DNA of 32,000 nucleotides, from the NCBI GenBank assembly GCA_028275775.1, contig JAPWTZ010000002.1:10092-42091 (forward strand). The letters are read 5' to 3'. This document shows, piece after piece, positions 25,268 to 32,000 of the stretch. This DNA is from Candidatus Nanopusillus sp. (GTDB lineage: Archaea > Nanobdellota > Nanobdellia > Nanobdellales > Nanobdellaceae). The notes beneath the pieces were generated by a model. The model worked only from the letters and a program-made list of their open reading frames with translations, was not told the origin of the DNA and ran no database searches. Each line of letters opens with the position of its first letter. Within the stretch, counting starts at the first letter, position 1. The translations under genes and the position numbers were made by a program.

Positions 25268-27868
25268 ATGAATATTGATGATTTAAAAAATATTTTTGAA
25301 AAAGAGTTTAAAGATTATATAGTTGGAATTAAATTAATTAATAATAAAAATGCTGAATTTGATAATTTTGAGTTTTATAACAAAGAATTAAATGAATATT
25401 TAAATTCTAGAAACTTTAAATTATATAAACATCAGGCTGAAGCATTAAATTTATTATATAAAAATAAAAATCTAATTGTAACAACACCAACAGCTTCGGG
25501 GAAATCCCATATATTTAGATTATATATTATTGATAATATATTAAAATATCCAAATAAAACATTTTTATTAATTTATCCATTAAGAGCATTATTATATGAT
25601 CAATATGAAAAATTTGAAGAATTAATAAAAGATTTTGAAAATTATACAAATAAAAAATTAAATATTAAGATGAAATTTATTCTTGGAGATTTAACATATA
25701 GCGAAAAAGAAAAAATAATAAGAGAAAGACCAAACTTAATATTAACTACAATTGATAATTTGCATTTATATATATTAAAAAATCATGATAAATTATTTTA
25801 TTTCTTTAGAAACTTAGATTTAATTGTTGTAGATGAATTACATTCATATAGAGGGGTTTTTGGAACAAATGCTGCATATACATTTAGAAGATTAATTAGA
25901 TTATTAAAATATTTCTATAAAAATAATAATTTTAAAATATTGACATTATCTGCAACATTAAAGAACCCTATAGAATTTGCAAAAAACATGTTTGATTTAG
26001 ATTTTGAATTAATTGATAAAGATTATAGTAATAAATATAGAAAATATATAATTTGTTTGGATCCAAAAAGTTCAAGTTCAAGATTATTATTAAAAAGATC
26101 AATAAGGATTTTATTAGAAAATAATATAAAATCTTTAGTATTTATTGAATCAAAGAAAGGTGTTGAATTATTAAGATTAGAATCTCAAGATTTAGACAAA
26201 TATAATAAGATTTATACATATAAGGCAAGTTATTTAAGAGAAAAAAGGAAAGAAATTGAGCAAAAGTTTAAATCTGGTGAATATTTAATATTATTAACTA
26301 CATCTGCATTGGAACTTGGAATAGATATTGGAGAAATAAGATCTGTAGTAAATTATGGAATACCTAGAGATGGAATTTCTTCAATAATTCAAAGATTTGG
26401 AAGATCTGGAAGGATTTCTGATTCAATAGATATAATGATATTTAAAAAGGATGCATTGGATTTTTATTATTCAACAAATATAAATGAATTTTTAGATAGA
26501 ATTGAAAAAAATAAGTTAGATAATATTCCTTTAAATTTAGATAATGAAAAAGTTGTAAAAAGACATTTAAAATATTTAATAAATGAATTTGGAAGAATTG
26601 ATAAAAATATATTAAATGATTTGGAGAAAAAATATTTGGAAGAATTGGAAAAGGAAAATATTGTATCAAAAATAAAAGATCCATTATTTGGAAAGGAATA
26701 TTATAAATTAAATACACAAGTAATATATTCTGGATTAAGAAATATTTCGGATAAAGTATATTATATTGTAGATTTAACAAAGGAGGAGGAAGAAATGATA
26801 AAAAGAATAAAGAAAAAAGAAGGATTGATAAGGATAATTAATATGCTAAAAGGTAAAGGAAAAATTTTAGAAGAAATGGACGAACCTGCATTTTATGATT
26901 ATTTATTACCTGGAATGGTATATTATTCTTCTGGAAAATCAATTAGAATAACAGATTATTATAATATAGATAATGTTACATTTGTATTCTTTAGACCAGA
27001 ATTTTCAAATATAGAAACAAGTCCAATATATTATGAAGATGTAAAAATAATTAATACAATAGATAAAAAAGTAATAAATGATTGGGAAATATATTTAGGA
27101 GAAATAAAGGTAAAAAAAGAATTTGTTGGATATATTGAAAAATATAAAATGGGAGAAAATTATGTACAAAATATAAATTATTATGAAAAAAGTATAAATT
27201 ATGAATTTAATACAAAGGCAATATGGATTGTAATACCTGAAAGATATCAAAAAGAATTAGAAAGCATTTATTATAATTTCTTTTTAGATAAACTAAAAAA
27301 ATATATTGAAAAGAAAAAATATAATATAAATGTTGATGAAATATTGAATTTTTCTTCTACTATAAGTAAAGATTTCTTTTATGAAAAATATAGAGGGTTG
27401 GCAAGTAAAAAGATAAAAGAAATAATTGGGGAGTTTTTAGAAAGAAATTATGGGATAAAAGATAATATATTGATATTTTTAGTTAAGAAAATTGTTGATT
27501 ATGAATCTTCATTTAGATCAGGATTACATGCAATAGAACATAATATAATAAAAATATCCCCGGTTGTAACATTTGTAGATTCACAAGAGCTTGGTGGATA
27601 TTCTTATCCGATTCATCCACAAACAAATAAACCAACAATATTTATATATGAAGGATATGAATCTGGAGTTGGTTTAGCAGAAATATTATATAATAATATA
27701 GAAAAATTAATTAAAAAATCAATAATATCTTTAAATAAATGTAAATGTCTTGATGGATGTCCAAGATGTGTATATTCTCCAAAATGTGGTAATTATAATG
27801 AATATTTAGACAAATATGCTGGGAGATTTATATATAGAATATTTTTAAATACTAAAAGATCTAATTGA
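25268..27868 (+). CDS. COG1205-type superfamily 2 DExH helicase with C-terminal DUF1998 metal-binding Cys cluster (MrfA/YprA-like)
   Basis: 866 aa. Motif I TPTASGKS, motif II VVDELH, motif III SAT, motif VI QRFGRSGR. The C-terminus has CKCLDGCPRCVYSPKCGNYNEYLDK. Confidence 0.85.
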   Translation: MNIDDLKNIFEKEFKDYIVGIKLINNKNAEFDNFEFYNKELNEYLNSRNFKLYKHQAEALNLLYKNKNLIVTTPTASGKSHIFRLYIIDNILKYPNKTFLLIYPLRALLYDQYEKFEELIKDFENYTNKKLNIKMKFILGDLTYSEKEKIIRERPNLILTTIDNLHLYILKNHDKLFYFFRNLDLIVVDELHSYRGVFGTNAAYTFRRLIRLLKYFYKNNNFKILTLSATLKNPIEFAKNMFDLDFELIDKDYSNKYRKYIICLDPKSSSSRLLLKRSIRILLENNIKSLVFIESKKGVELLRLESQDLDKYNKIYTYKASYLREKRKEIEQKFKSGEYLILLTTSALELGIDIGEIRSVVNYGIPRDGISSIIQRFGRSGRISDSIDIMIFKKDALDFYYSTNINEFLDRIEKNKLDNIPLNLDNEKVVKRHLKYLINEFGRIDKNILNDLEKKYLEELEKENIVSKIKDPLFGKEYYKLNTQVIYSGLRNISDKVYYIVDLTKEEEEMIKRIKKKEGLIRIINMLKGKGKILEEMDEPAFYDYLLPGMVYYSSGKSIRITDYYNIDNVTFVFFRPEFSNIETSPIYYEDVKIINTIDKKVINDWEIYLGEIKVKKEFVGYIEKYKMGENYVQNINYYEKSINYEFNTKAIWIVIPERYQKELESIYYNFFLDKLKKYIEKKKYNINVDEILNFSSTISKDFFYEKYRGLASKKIKEIIGEFLERNYGIKDNILIFLVKKIVDYESSFRSGLHAIEHNIIKISPVVTFVDSQELGGYSYPIHPQTNKPTIFIYEGYESGVGLAEILYNNIEKLIKKSIISLNKCKCLDGCPRCVYSPKCGNYNEYLDKYAGRFIYRIFLNTKRSN

Positions 27869-27872
27869 TTTT

Positions 27873-28088
27873 ATGAGAAGTCAAACACTAACACGTGGTA
27901 GCGCCTTCATACTTGCATTATTCGGTATAGGAGCTATATTAGCTCTACTATCATATTTTCTATATCATAATCCTACTCAGATATTTTTTGACATTATAAA
28001 CTTTGTTCGAAATTATCCTATACAAGCAGGTATAATCTTTTTTATAGGACTTGTAATTGGATGGGCTCTGGGTCATCCATCATACTAA
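27873..28088 (+). CDS. small two-TM membrane protein (71 aa), unknown family
   Basis: The ORF starts 4 nt after the helicase stop. It has two clear hydrophobic helices and no Lys or Glu. GC is 72/216 = 33%, visibly above the neighbouring genes. Confidence 0.5.
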   Translation: MRSQTLTRGSAFILALFGIGAILALLSYFLYHNPTQIFFDIINFVRNYPIQAGIIFFIGLVIGWALGHPSY

Positions 28089-28121
28089 TATATATTTAAA
28101 ATTTTTTTGGAATTATTATGA

Positions 28122-28877
28122 ATGAAGGTAACATTTCCACAAGCTAAAGAGATTAAAAATATATTACCTGCAATAGTAAGTTTTTTATCAGAAGGAACAT
28201 TTAAAGCAAATAAGGATGGTATATTTTTATCATCATTGGATCCAGCAAATATAGCAATAATATTATTAGATATGTATCCAAATATGTTTACAGAATATGA
28301 TATACAGGAGGAAGAAAAATTTACAATAAATTTAGAAGATTTAAAGAAAATAATGACAAAAGTAGCCTTAAAGAGTCAAATATCATGGGAAATAGATAAA
28401 GAAAAGAATAAATTTGTTTTAACTGTATATGGAAAAGCAAAAAAAGTATTTACATTACCATTAATAGAATCTGAAGGATCATTTATGGACTTATCAAGTT
28501 CGGAATTACCAGAATTACCTATAAAAGTTGAAATGGACTCAAAAGCATTTTATGATATAATAGAGTCTGCAAAAGTAATTGCAGATGAAATAAAAATTGT
28601 TGCTGATCCTGAAGGACCAAAGGTATCATTTATTGCTGAAGGTGAATTAAAAGATATGAAAATTGATTTAACACCACAAGATGAAAGTGTATTATCTATG
28701 GAGGTCCCATCAAAAGCAATGTCAAGATACTCTATAGATTATTTATATAAATTATCTAAAGTAGCAAGGATATCTGATACATTAACATTTAAATTAGATT
28801 CTGGAAAACCAATATGGATTGATTATAAGTCAACTGATAAATTTAAATTTGGATTTGTATTGGCTCCAAGAGAATAA
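28122..28877 (+). CDS. pcn: DNA polymerase sliding clamp PCNA
   Basis: 251 aa. Two-domain clamp pattern, starting with the F..AKEIKNILPAI... helix and ending in the FKLDSGKPIWIDYK...FGFVLAPR motif. Confidence 0.9.
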   Translation: MKVTFPQAKEIKNILPAIVSFLSEGTFKANKDGIFLSSLDPANIAIILLDMYPNMFTEYDIQEEEKFTINLEDLKKIMTKVALKSQISWEIDKEKNKFVLTVYGKAKKVFTLPLIESEGSFMDLSSSELPELPIKVEMDSKAFYDIIESAKVIADEIKIVADPEGPKVSFIAEGELKDMKIDLTPQDESVLSMEVPSKAMSRYSIDYLYKLSKVARISDTLTFKLDSGKPIWIDYKSTDKFKFGFVLAPRE

Positions 28878-28881
28878 TCTA

Positions 28882-28887
28882 TTTTTT
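28882..28887 (+). terminator. oligo-T (T6) termination signal after pcn
   Basis: TTTTTT begins 5 nt after the PCNA stop codon. Confidence 0.35.
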
Positions 28888-29043
28888 AAATATTTGCCCC
28901 AGTTTTAAATTTGTTGGGTAAATGTCATCTTTTTAATATATACCTATGGGATACGTAATGTTGTAAAATAAAAATGTGCGTGATTAAAATCTCAAAGTAT
29001 TTTTGAGATAAGATCTCTTTCTCATCAGTCAAAATATGAAAAA

Positions 29044-29050
29044 TTTATAA
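29044..29050 (+). promoter_or_regulatory. TATA box TTTATAA with A-rich BRE for the histone gene
   Basis: GAAAAATTTATAAGG. The centre (29047) is 27 nt upstream of ATG 29074, which implies a leaderless or near-leaderless mRNA. Confidence 0.45.
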
Positions 29051-29073
29051 GGGAGTTCAATAATATATATTTT

Positions 29074-29316
29074 ATGGCAAGAGGAGAGAGGGGAATTCCA
29101 ATGGCTGTAGTTGAAAGGATCCTAAAGCAAAAGGGTGAGCAGGCAGGAGTAACAAGAGTATCAGATAAAGCAATTAGATATCTAAAACAAGAATTAGAAG
29201 ATATAGCATTAGAAATTGCAAAAGAGGCAGTTTCATTGGCAAATCACGGAAAAAGAACAACTGTAAAGAGGGAAGATATACAATTAGCAACAAAACAAAT
29301 ATTCAAGAAGATGTAA
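29074..29316 (+). CDS. archaeal histone (HMf-type histone fold) with extended L1 loop
   Basis: 80 aa. [11 protein letters not shown]...[49 protein letters not shown] aligns along the whole HMfB histone fold. The gene is markedly more GC-rich than its surroundings. Confidence 0.9.
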   Translation: MARGERGIPMAVVERILKQKGEQAGVTRVSDKAIRYLKQELEDIALEIAKEAVSLANHGKRTTVKREDIQLATKQIFKKM

Positions 29317-29382
29317 AGGCTCTATAATAATTTTATTTTTCTTTCTTCTATATTTTTAAATATAACTTTGTTATAGTATTCT

Positions 29383-29994
29383 ATGGAGACAATGAGCTTA
29401 GCTTCTCTAGAAGAAGAAATATACCTGAGAGGATTAACAGGATACGTTGCAGCAAAGAAAATATTTGATGGATATAATAATATAGCAATAATAACATATC
29501 CAGATAGAATATGTTCTGCTCTATCATCTTCTTTAGTATCTTCTTTAATATTAAAACAAGGATATAGGGATAAAATAGCAAGAATATATGTATATGATGA
29601 GAATAAGCTGGATGATATAGCAAAAGATATTGTAAAAAATAATTTTGATGCTGTATTTATTGCATATGGTGGTGAACAAAAAGTATCTTATGTATCCGAA
29701 ATAACAAAGAAAACAATATTGGCATTAAAAAATGCTGGATATAAAAATTCGTTGTTAATCCATGTAAGAATTTGGATTGCAACAAAACAATTATCAGAAA
29801 TATTGAATGATGAAATAAAAGAATATCTAAAATCTTTAAAGGAAATAAGAACATTTACAGCAGATTTACAAAATAAATTATTTATATTTCATAAAGTAAA
29901 GATAGATAATGGAGTAAAGTTAGAAAAATATGCAGAAGAAAAACTTACAGATGAGCATGTAGAATTATTAAGAAAATCTGTTCCTCCTAAATAG
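29383..29994 (+). CDS. hypothetical 203-aa protein; possible catalytically degenerate DHH (RecJ/Cdc45-like) domain
   Basis: Clean ORF. The motif order IAIITYPDRICSALSS / FDAVFIAYGGEQ / SLLIHVRIW parallels DHH motifs I-II / III / IV, but most catalytic Asp and His residues are replaced. The confidence value is for the ORF being real. I rate the fold assignment at about 0.3. Confidence 0.5.
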   Translation: METMSLASLEEEIYLRGLTGYVAAKKIFDGYNNIAIITYPDRICSALSSSLVSSLILKQGYRDKIARIYVYDENKLDDIAKDIVKNNFDAVFIAYGGEQKVSYVSEITKKTILALKNAGYKNSLLIHVRIWIATKQLSEILNDEIKEYLKSLKEIRTFTADLQNKLFIFHKVKIDNGVKLEKYAEEKLTDEHVELLRKSVPPK

Positions 29995-30621
29995 TTTTTT
30001 ATAATATTTACAATATTTATTTATTTTACATATATTACATTTTGGATTAATAGGTTTACATATATTTCTTCCAAATAAAACAAACAAAAAATTAATTTTA
30101 TTATAATATTCTTTTGGTATAACCTTATATAATTCCATTTCAGTCTCTTCAGGATTTTTTGTTTTTACAATTCCAATTCTGTTTGATATTCTATGAACAT
30201 GCGTATCTACTGCAATATAATTTTTATTACATACAATTATTAAATATACATTTGCAATCTTTCTTCCAACTCCAGGTAGGGATCTAATATATTCTTCATC
30301 ACAATATTTATTATAATCCCATTTTTCAGCAATTTCTTTAATCCATTTTGCTTTATTATTATATAATCCAATATCTCTTATTGTATCCTTTATTTCTTCT
30401 AGAGATGCATTTCTAATATCTTCAACCTTATTATATTTATTAAATAATCTTTCAGAAACTTCCAATGTTTTTTCTTCCCTTACTCTTATAGATAATAATA
30501 TTGTTATTAATACCTTAAATGGGTCTTTATATTTTTCCCAAATATATGGAGATGCAAGTTTTTCATTTATATTATTTTCCTTTAATGTTTCTTCAATTCC
30601 TTTAATTATTTCTTTTATCAT
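29968..30621 (-). CDS. nth: endonuclease III (HhH-GPD DNA glycosylase/AP lyase with 4Fe-4S cluster)
   Basis: 217 aa. HhH LPGVGRKIANVYL with the catalytic Lys, VDTHVHR with the catalytic Asp, and cluster CKPINPKCNICKINKYC (C-x6-C-x2-C-x5-C). Confidence 0.9.
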   Translation of the reverse strand: MIKEIIKGIEETLKENNINEKLASPYIWEKYKDPFKVLITILLSIRVREEKTLEVSERLFNKYNKVEDIRNASLEEIKDTIRDIGLYNNKAKWIKEIAEKWDYNKYCDEEYIRSLPGVGRKIANVYLIIVCNKNYIAVDTHVHRISNRIGIVKTKNPEETEMELYKVIPKEYYNKINFLFVLFGRNICKPINPKCNICKINKYCKYYKKLFRRNRFS

Positions 30622-31837
30622 AATCTTCAGGATAAATTATAACTTTCTTACCTTTTTCAAATAAATCATATATATATTTTCCATTTTCTTCAATAAAATC
30701 TCTATCTATATTCGATAATATATTATATACCTTATTGAAATATTGATCATAATCCATATTTAATATTTTTATCAAATAAGGGTCTGTTTCTATCCTCTTT
30801 AATATATTTTCCTTTCTCAGATTATAATTAAATTTATATATATTCGATCTTGCTTTTCTATATTTATTATCTATATTTTTTAAATTATCTAAAAATTCAT
30901 TAATTGCATTATCTAATATTTTTTCTTTATCAATTTGAAATCCTGGTATTATCAATGAATATATAAATTCATCATCATAGAAATTTGATAAAGAAAGTGA
31001 GGGAGAGTATCCTATACCATATTTATTTCTAAATATTTCAAATATTTTTGAAGATGCACCTAAATTATAAAATTCTGTCAATGCATCAATTAATATTATA
31101 TTTTTAATATCACTATTTAAATTAATACTATAATATATCTGTTGTATATTTTTCATTTTTATTATTATATCTTTTCCCTCTCCCTTACTTGGATTTTTTA
31201 ATTTTATATCATTTCCTTCTAACCTAGAAAAGTATTTTTTAACAATTTCAATATCTTTATCACTTATATTTCCTTCTAAAAATATTGAAATATTTTTAGG
31301 AGAATAATATTTGTATTTAAATTCTTCTAATGTATCTTTTGTTATATTATTAATTGTTTCAATATAACCTCCAATAGGGTCTCCATAATCAGAATCTCCA
31401 TAAACTGATTTTGATAGGTTATCATTCAAACTTATTGTTGGATCGTCTTCTCTCATCATTATTTCTGTTTTTACAACATTTTTCTCATTTTCAAATTCAT
31501 TATTATCATATTTATCATTCTCAAGCATCCAATAAAATAAATCTACAATATTTTCAAATCCTTCTTTCATTACTGCAGAATAATATAAAGTATAATTATA
31601 ATAAGTCATTGCATTATGAATCGATCCGCTTTCTTCAAATAATAGATGTATTTGATTTTTATTATATTTTTTATTAGACTGAAACATCATATGTTCTAAT
31701 AAATGGGAAATTCCCCTAAATTCTTTATCTTCGAATATTGAACCTATATTTACTAATATTCCTATTGCAATATTCTCATTTCTAAATGGTATTTTATATA
31801 ATTTTATCCCATTATCCAAGATTTCATAATCCACCAT
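30602..31837 (-). CDS. M16 (pitrilysin/insulinase) family zinc peptidase
   Basis: 411 aa. Inverted zinc motif HLLEHMMF (HxxEH) with a downstream Glu in NVVKTEIMMRED. It overlaps the nth start by 20 nt. Confidence 0.8.
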   Translation of the reverse strand: MVDYEILDNGIKLYKIPFRNENIAIGILVNIGSIFEDKEFRGISHLLEHMMFQSNKKYNKNQIHLLFEESGSIHNAMTYYNYTLYYSAVMKEGFENIVDLFYWMLENDKYDNNEFENEKNVVKTEIMMREDDPTISLNDNLSKSVYGDSDYGDPIGGYIETINNITKDTLEEFKYKYYSPKNISIFLEGNISDKDIEIVKKYFSRLEGNDIKLKNPSKGEGKDIIIKMKNIQQIYYSINLNSDIKNIILIDALTEFYNLGASSKIFEIFRNKYGIGYSPSLSLSNFYDDEFIYSLIIPGFQIDKEKILDNAINEFLDNLKNIDNKYRKARSNIYKFNYNLRKENILKRIETDPYLIKILNMDYDQYFNKVYNILSNIDRDFIEENGKYIYDLFEKGKKVIIYPEDYDKRNN

Positions 31838-31925
31838 TACTATAATTTATTTTATTATGTTTATGTATTTTGAATAAAATATTCAATAGTAATATATATA
31901 AGTAATTCAAATTAATAATAATTTT

Positions 31926-32000
31926 ATGCCAGAGATACAAGTTAAGAAGGTTATTGATTTAAAGAAAGGATCATATATATGGTATAATAATGAAGTATGG
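31926..32000 (+). CDS. translation initiation factor 5A (aIF5A), 5' partial (runs off window)
   Basis: MPEIQVKKVIDLKKGSYIWYNNEVW matches the aIF5A N-terminal pattern (..QV.V..LK.G.Y...D.EP). Only 25 codons are visible. Confidence 0.5.
   Translation, partial: MPEIQVKKVIDLKKGSYIWYNNEVW

Noticed and set aside
28989-29017. An 8-bp hairpin ATCTCAAA/TTTGAGAT with an alternative pairing GAGAT/ATCTC, upstream of the histone promoter. It could be an attenuator-like switch.
   Set aside because: The stems are short and AT-dominated, and about ten such hairpins are expected by chance in about 2 kb of AT-rich spacer. They would be unstable at the temperatures implied by the tRNA GC content. The hairpin lies upstream of the inferred TATA box, so it is probably not transcribed with the histone gene.
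28878-29073. The longest non-coding spacer (196 nt, between pcn and the histone) considered as a possible structured ncRNA (H/ACA or C/D). On the minus strand it contains CTGATGA and an ACA.
   Set aside because: The only lower stem I could build is 4 bp. I found no K-turn and no proper D box. The sequence is AT-rich, whereas the structural RNAs of this organism (the tRNAs) are 67-71% GC. No other GC-rich island exists outside the two tRNAs.
2168-31677. The other short tracked ORFs lie opposite or inside called genes. They are 2168-2371, 3539-3781, 6386-6586, 6892-7086, 8551-8781, 12151-12393, 14022-14321, 14322-14519, 18852-19034 and 19106-19333. The rest are 20235-20498, 21071-21355, 22519-22836, 23061-23249, 26442-26780, 29381-29623, 29657-29854 and 31411-31677.
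   Set aside because: All overlap motif-supported genes on the other strand or frame. All translate to L/F/I/Y-rich low-complexity peptides typical of antisense frames of K/N/E-rich genes.
31870-31886. A 17-nt palindrome TTGAATA-AAA-TATTCAA between the divergent M16 peptidase and aIF5A promoters. It could be a transcription-factor operator.
   Set aside because: 7-bp AT-rich arms are expected many times by chance at this composition. I saw no second copy elsewhere in the window.

Overview
This is a very AT-rich, extremely gene-dense archaeal chromosome segment. GC looks like a quarter or less by eye; I did not compute it. I count about 33 protein genes and 2 tRNAs, with no rRNA, no CRISPR array and no recognisable mobile element. 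Content is almost entirely informational or housekeeping: Mre11-Rad50, a KaiC/RadA-like ATPase, RNase HII, Cbf5, ribosomal uS13-uS4, HerA, a MazG-like NTP pyrophosphohydrolase, a P-type ATPase, class II LysRS, TrmI, an endonuclease IV-like protein, SecD, DUF99, MBF1, ATP-dependent DNA ligase, a COG1205-type DExH helicase with a DUF1998 Cys cluster, PCNA, an archaeal histone, endonuclease III, an M16 peptidase and the first 25 codons of aIF5A. Several features together suggest a reduced-genome thermophilic DPANN/Nanoarchaeota-like archaeon (inference only): two tRNAs at 67-71% GC in an AT-rich genome, scrambled operons, 4-nt gene overlaps, a histone with a 4-residue L1 insertion, and TATA-like boxes about 26 nt upstream of most start codons. 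I do not see a clear-cut novel multi-gene system such as a defence island, retroelement or repeat array. The best leads are a 203-aa ORF beside PCNA and the histone that looks like a catalytically dead RecJ/Cdc45-type DHH domain, and a HerA ATPase uncoupled from Mre11-Rad50, without NurA, but translationally coupled to an orphan 102-aa protein. Other leads are single palindromic TATA elements at the exact centre of 50-51-nt divergent spacers, tRNA promoter spacing compatible with leaderless tRNAs, and a compositionally atypical 71-aa membrane ORF between the helicase and PCNA. All functional calls rest on motif recognition by eye; no database search was possible.
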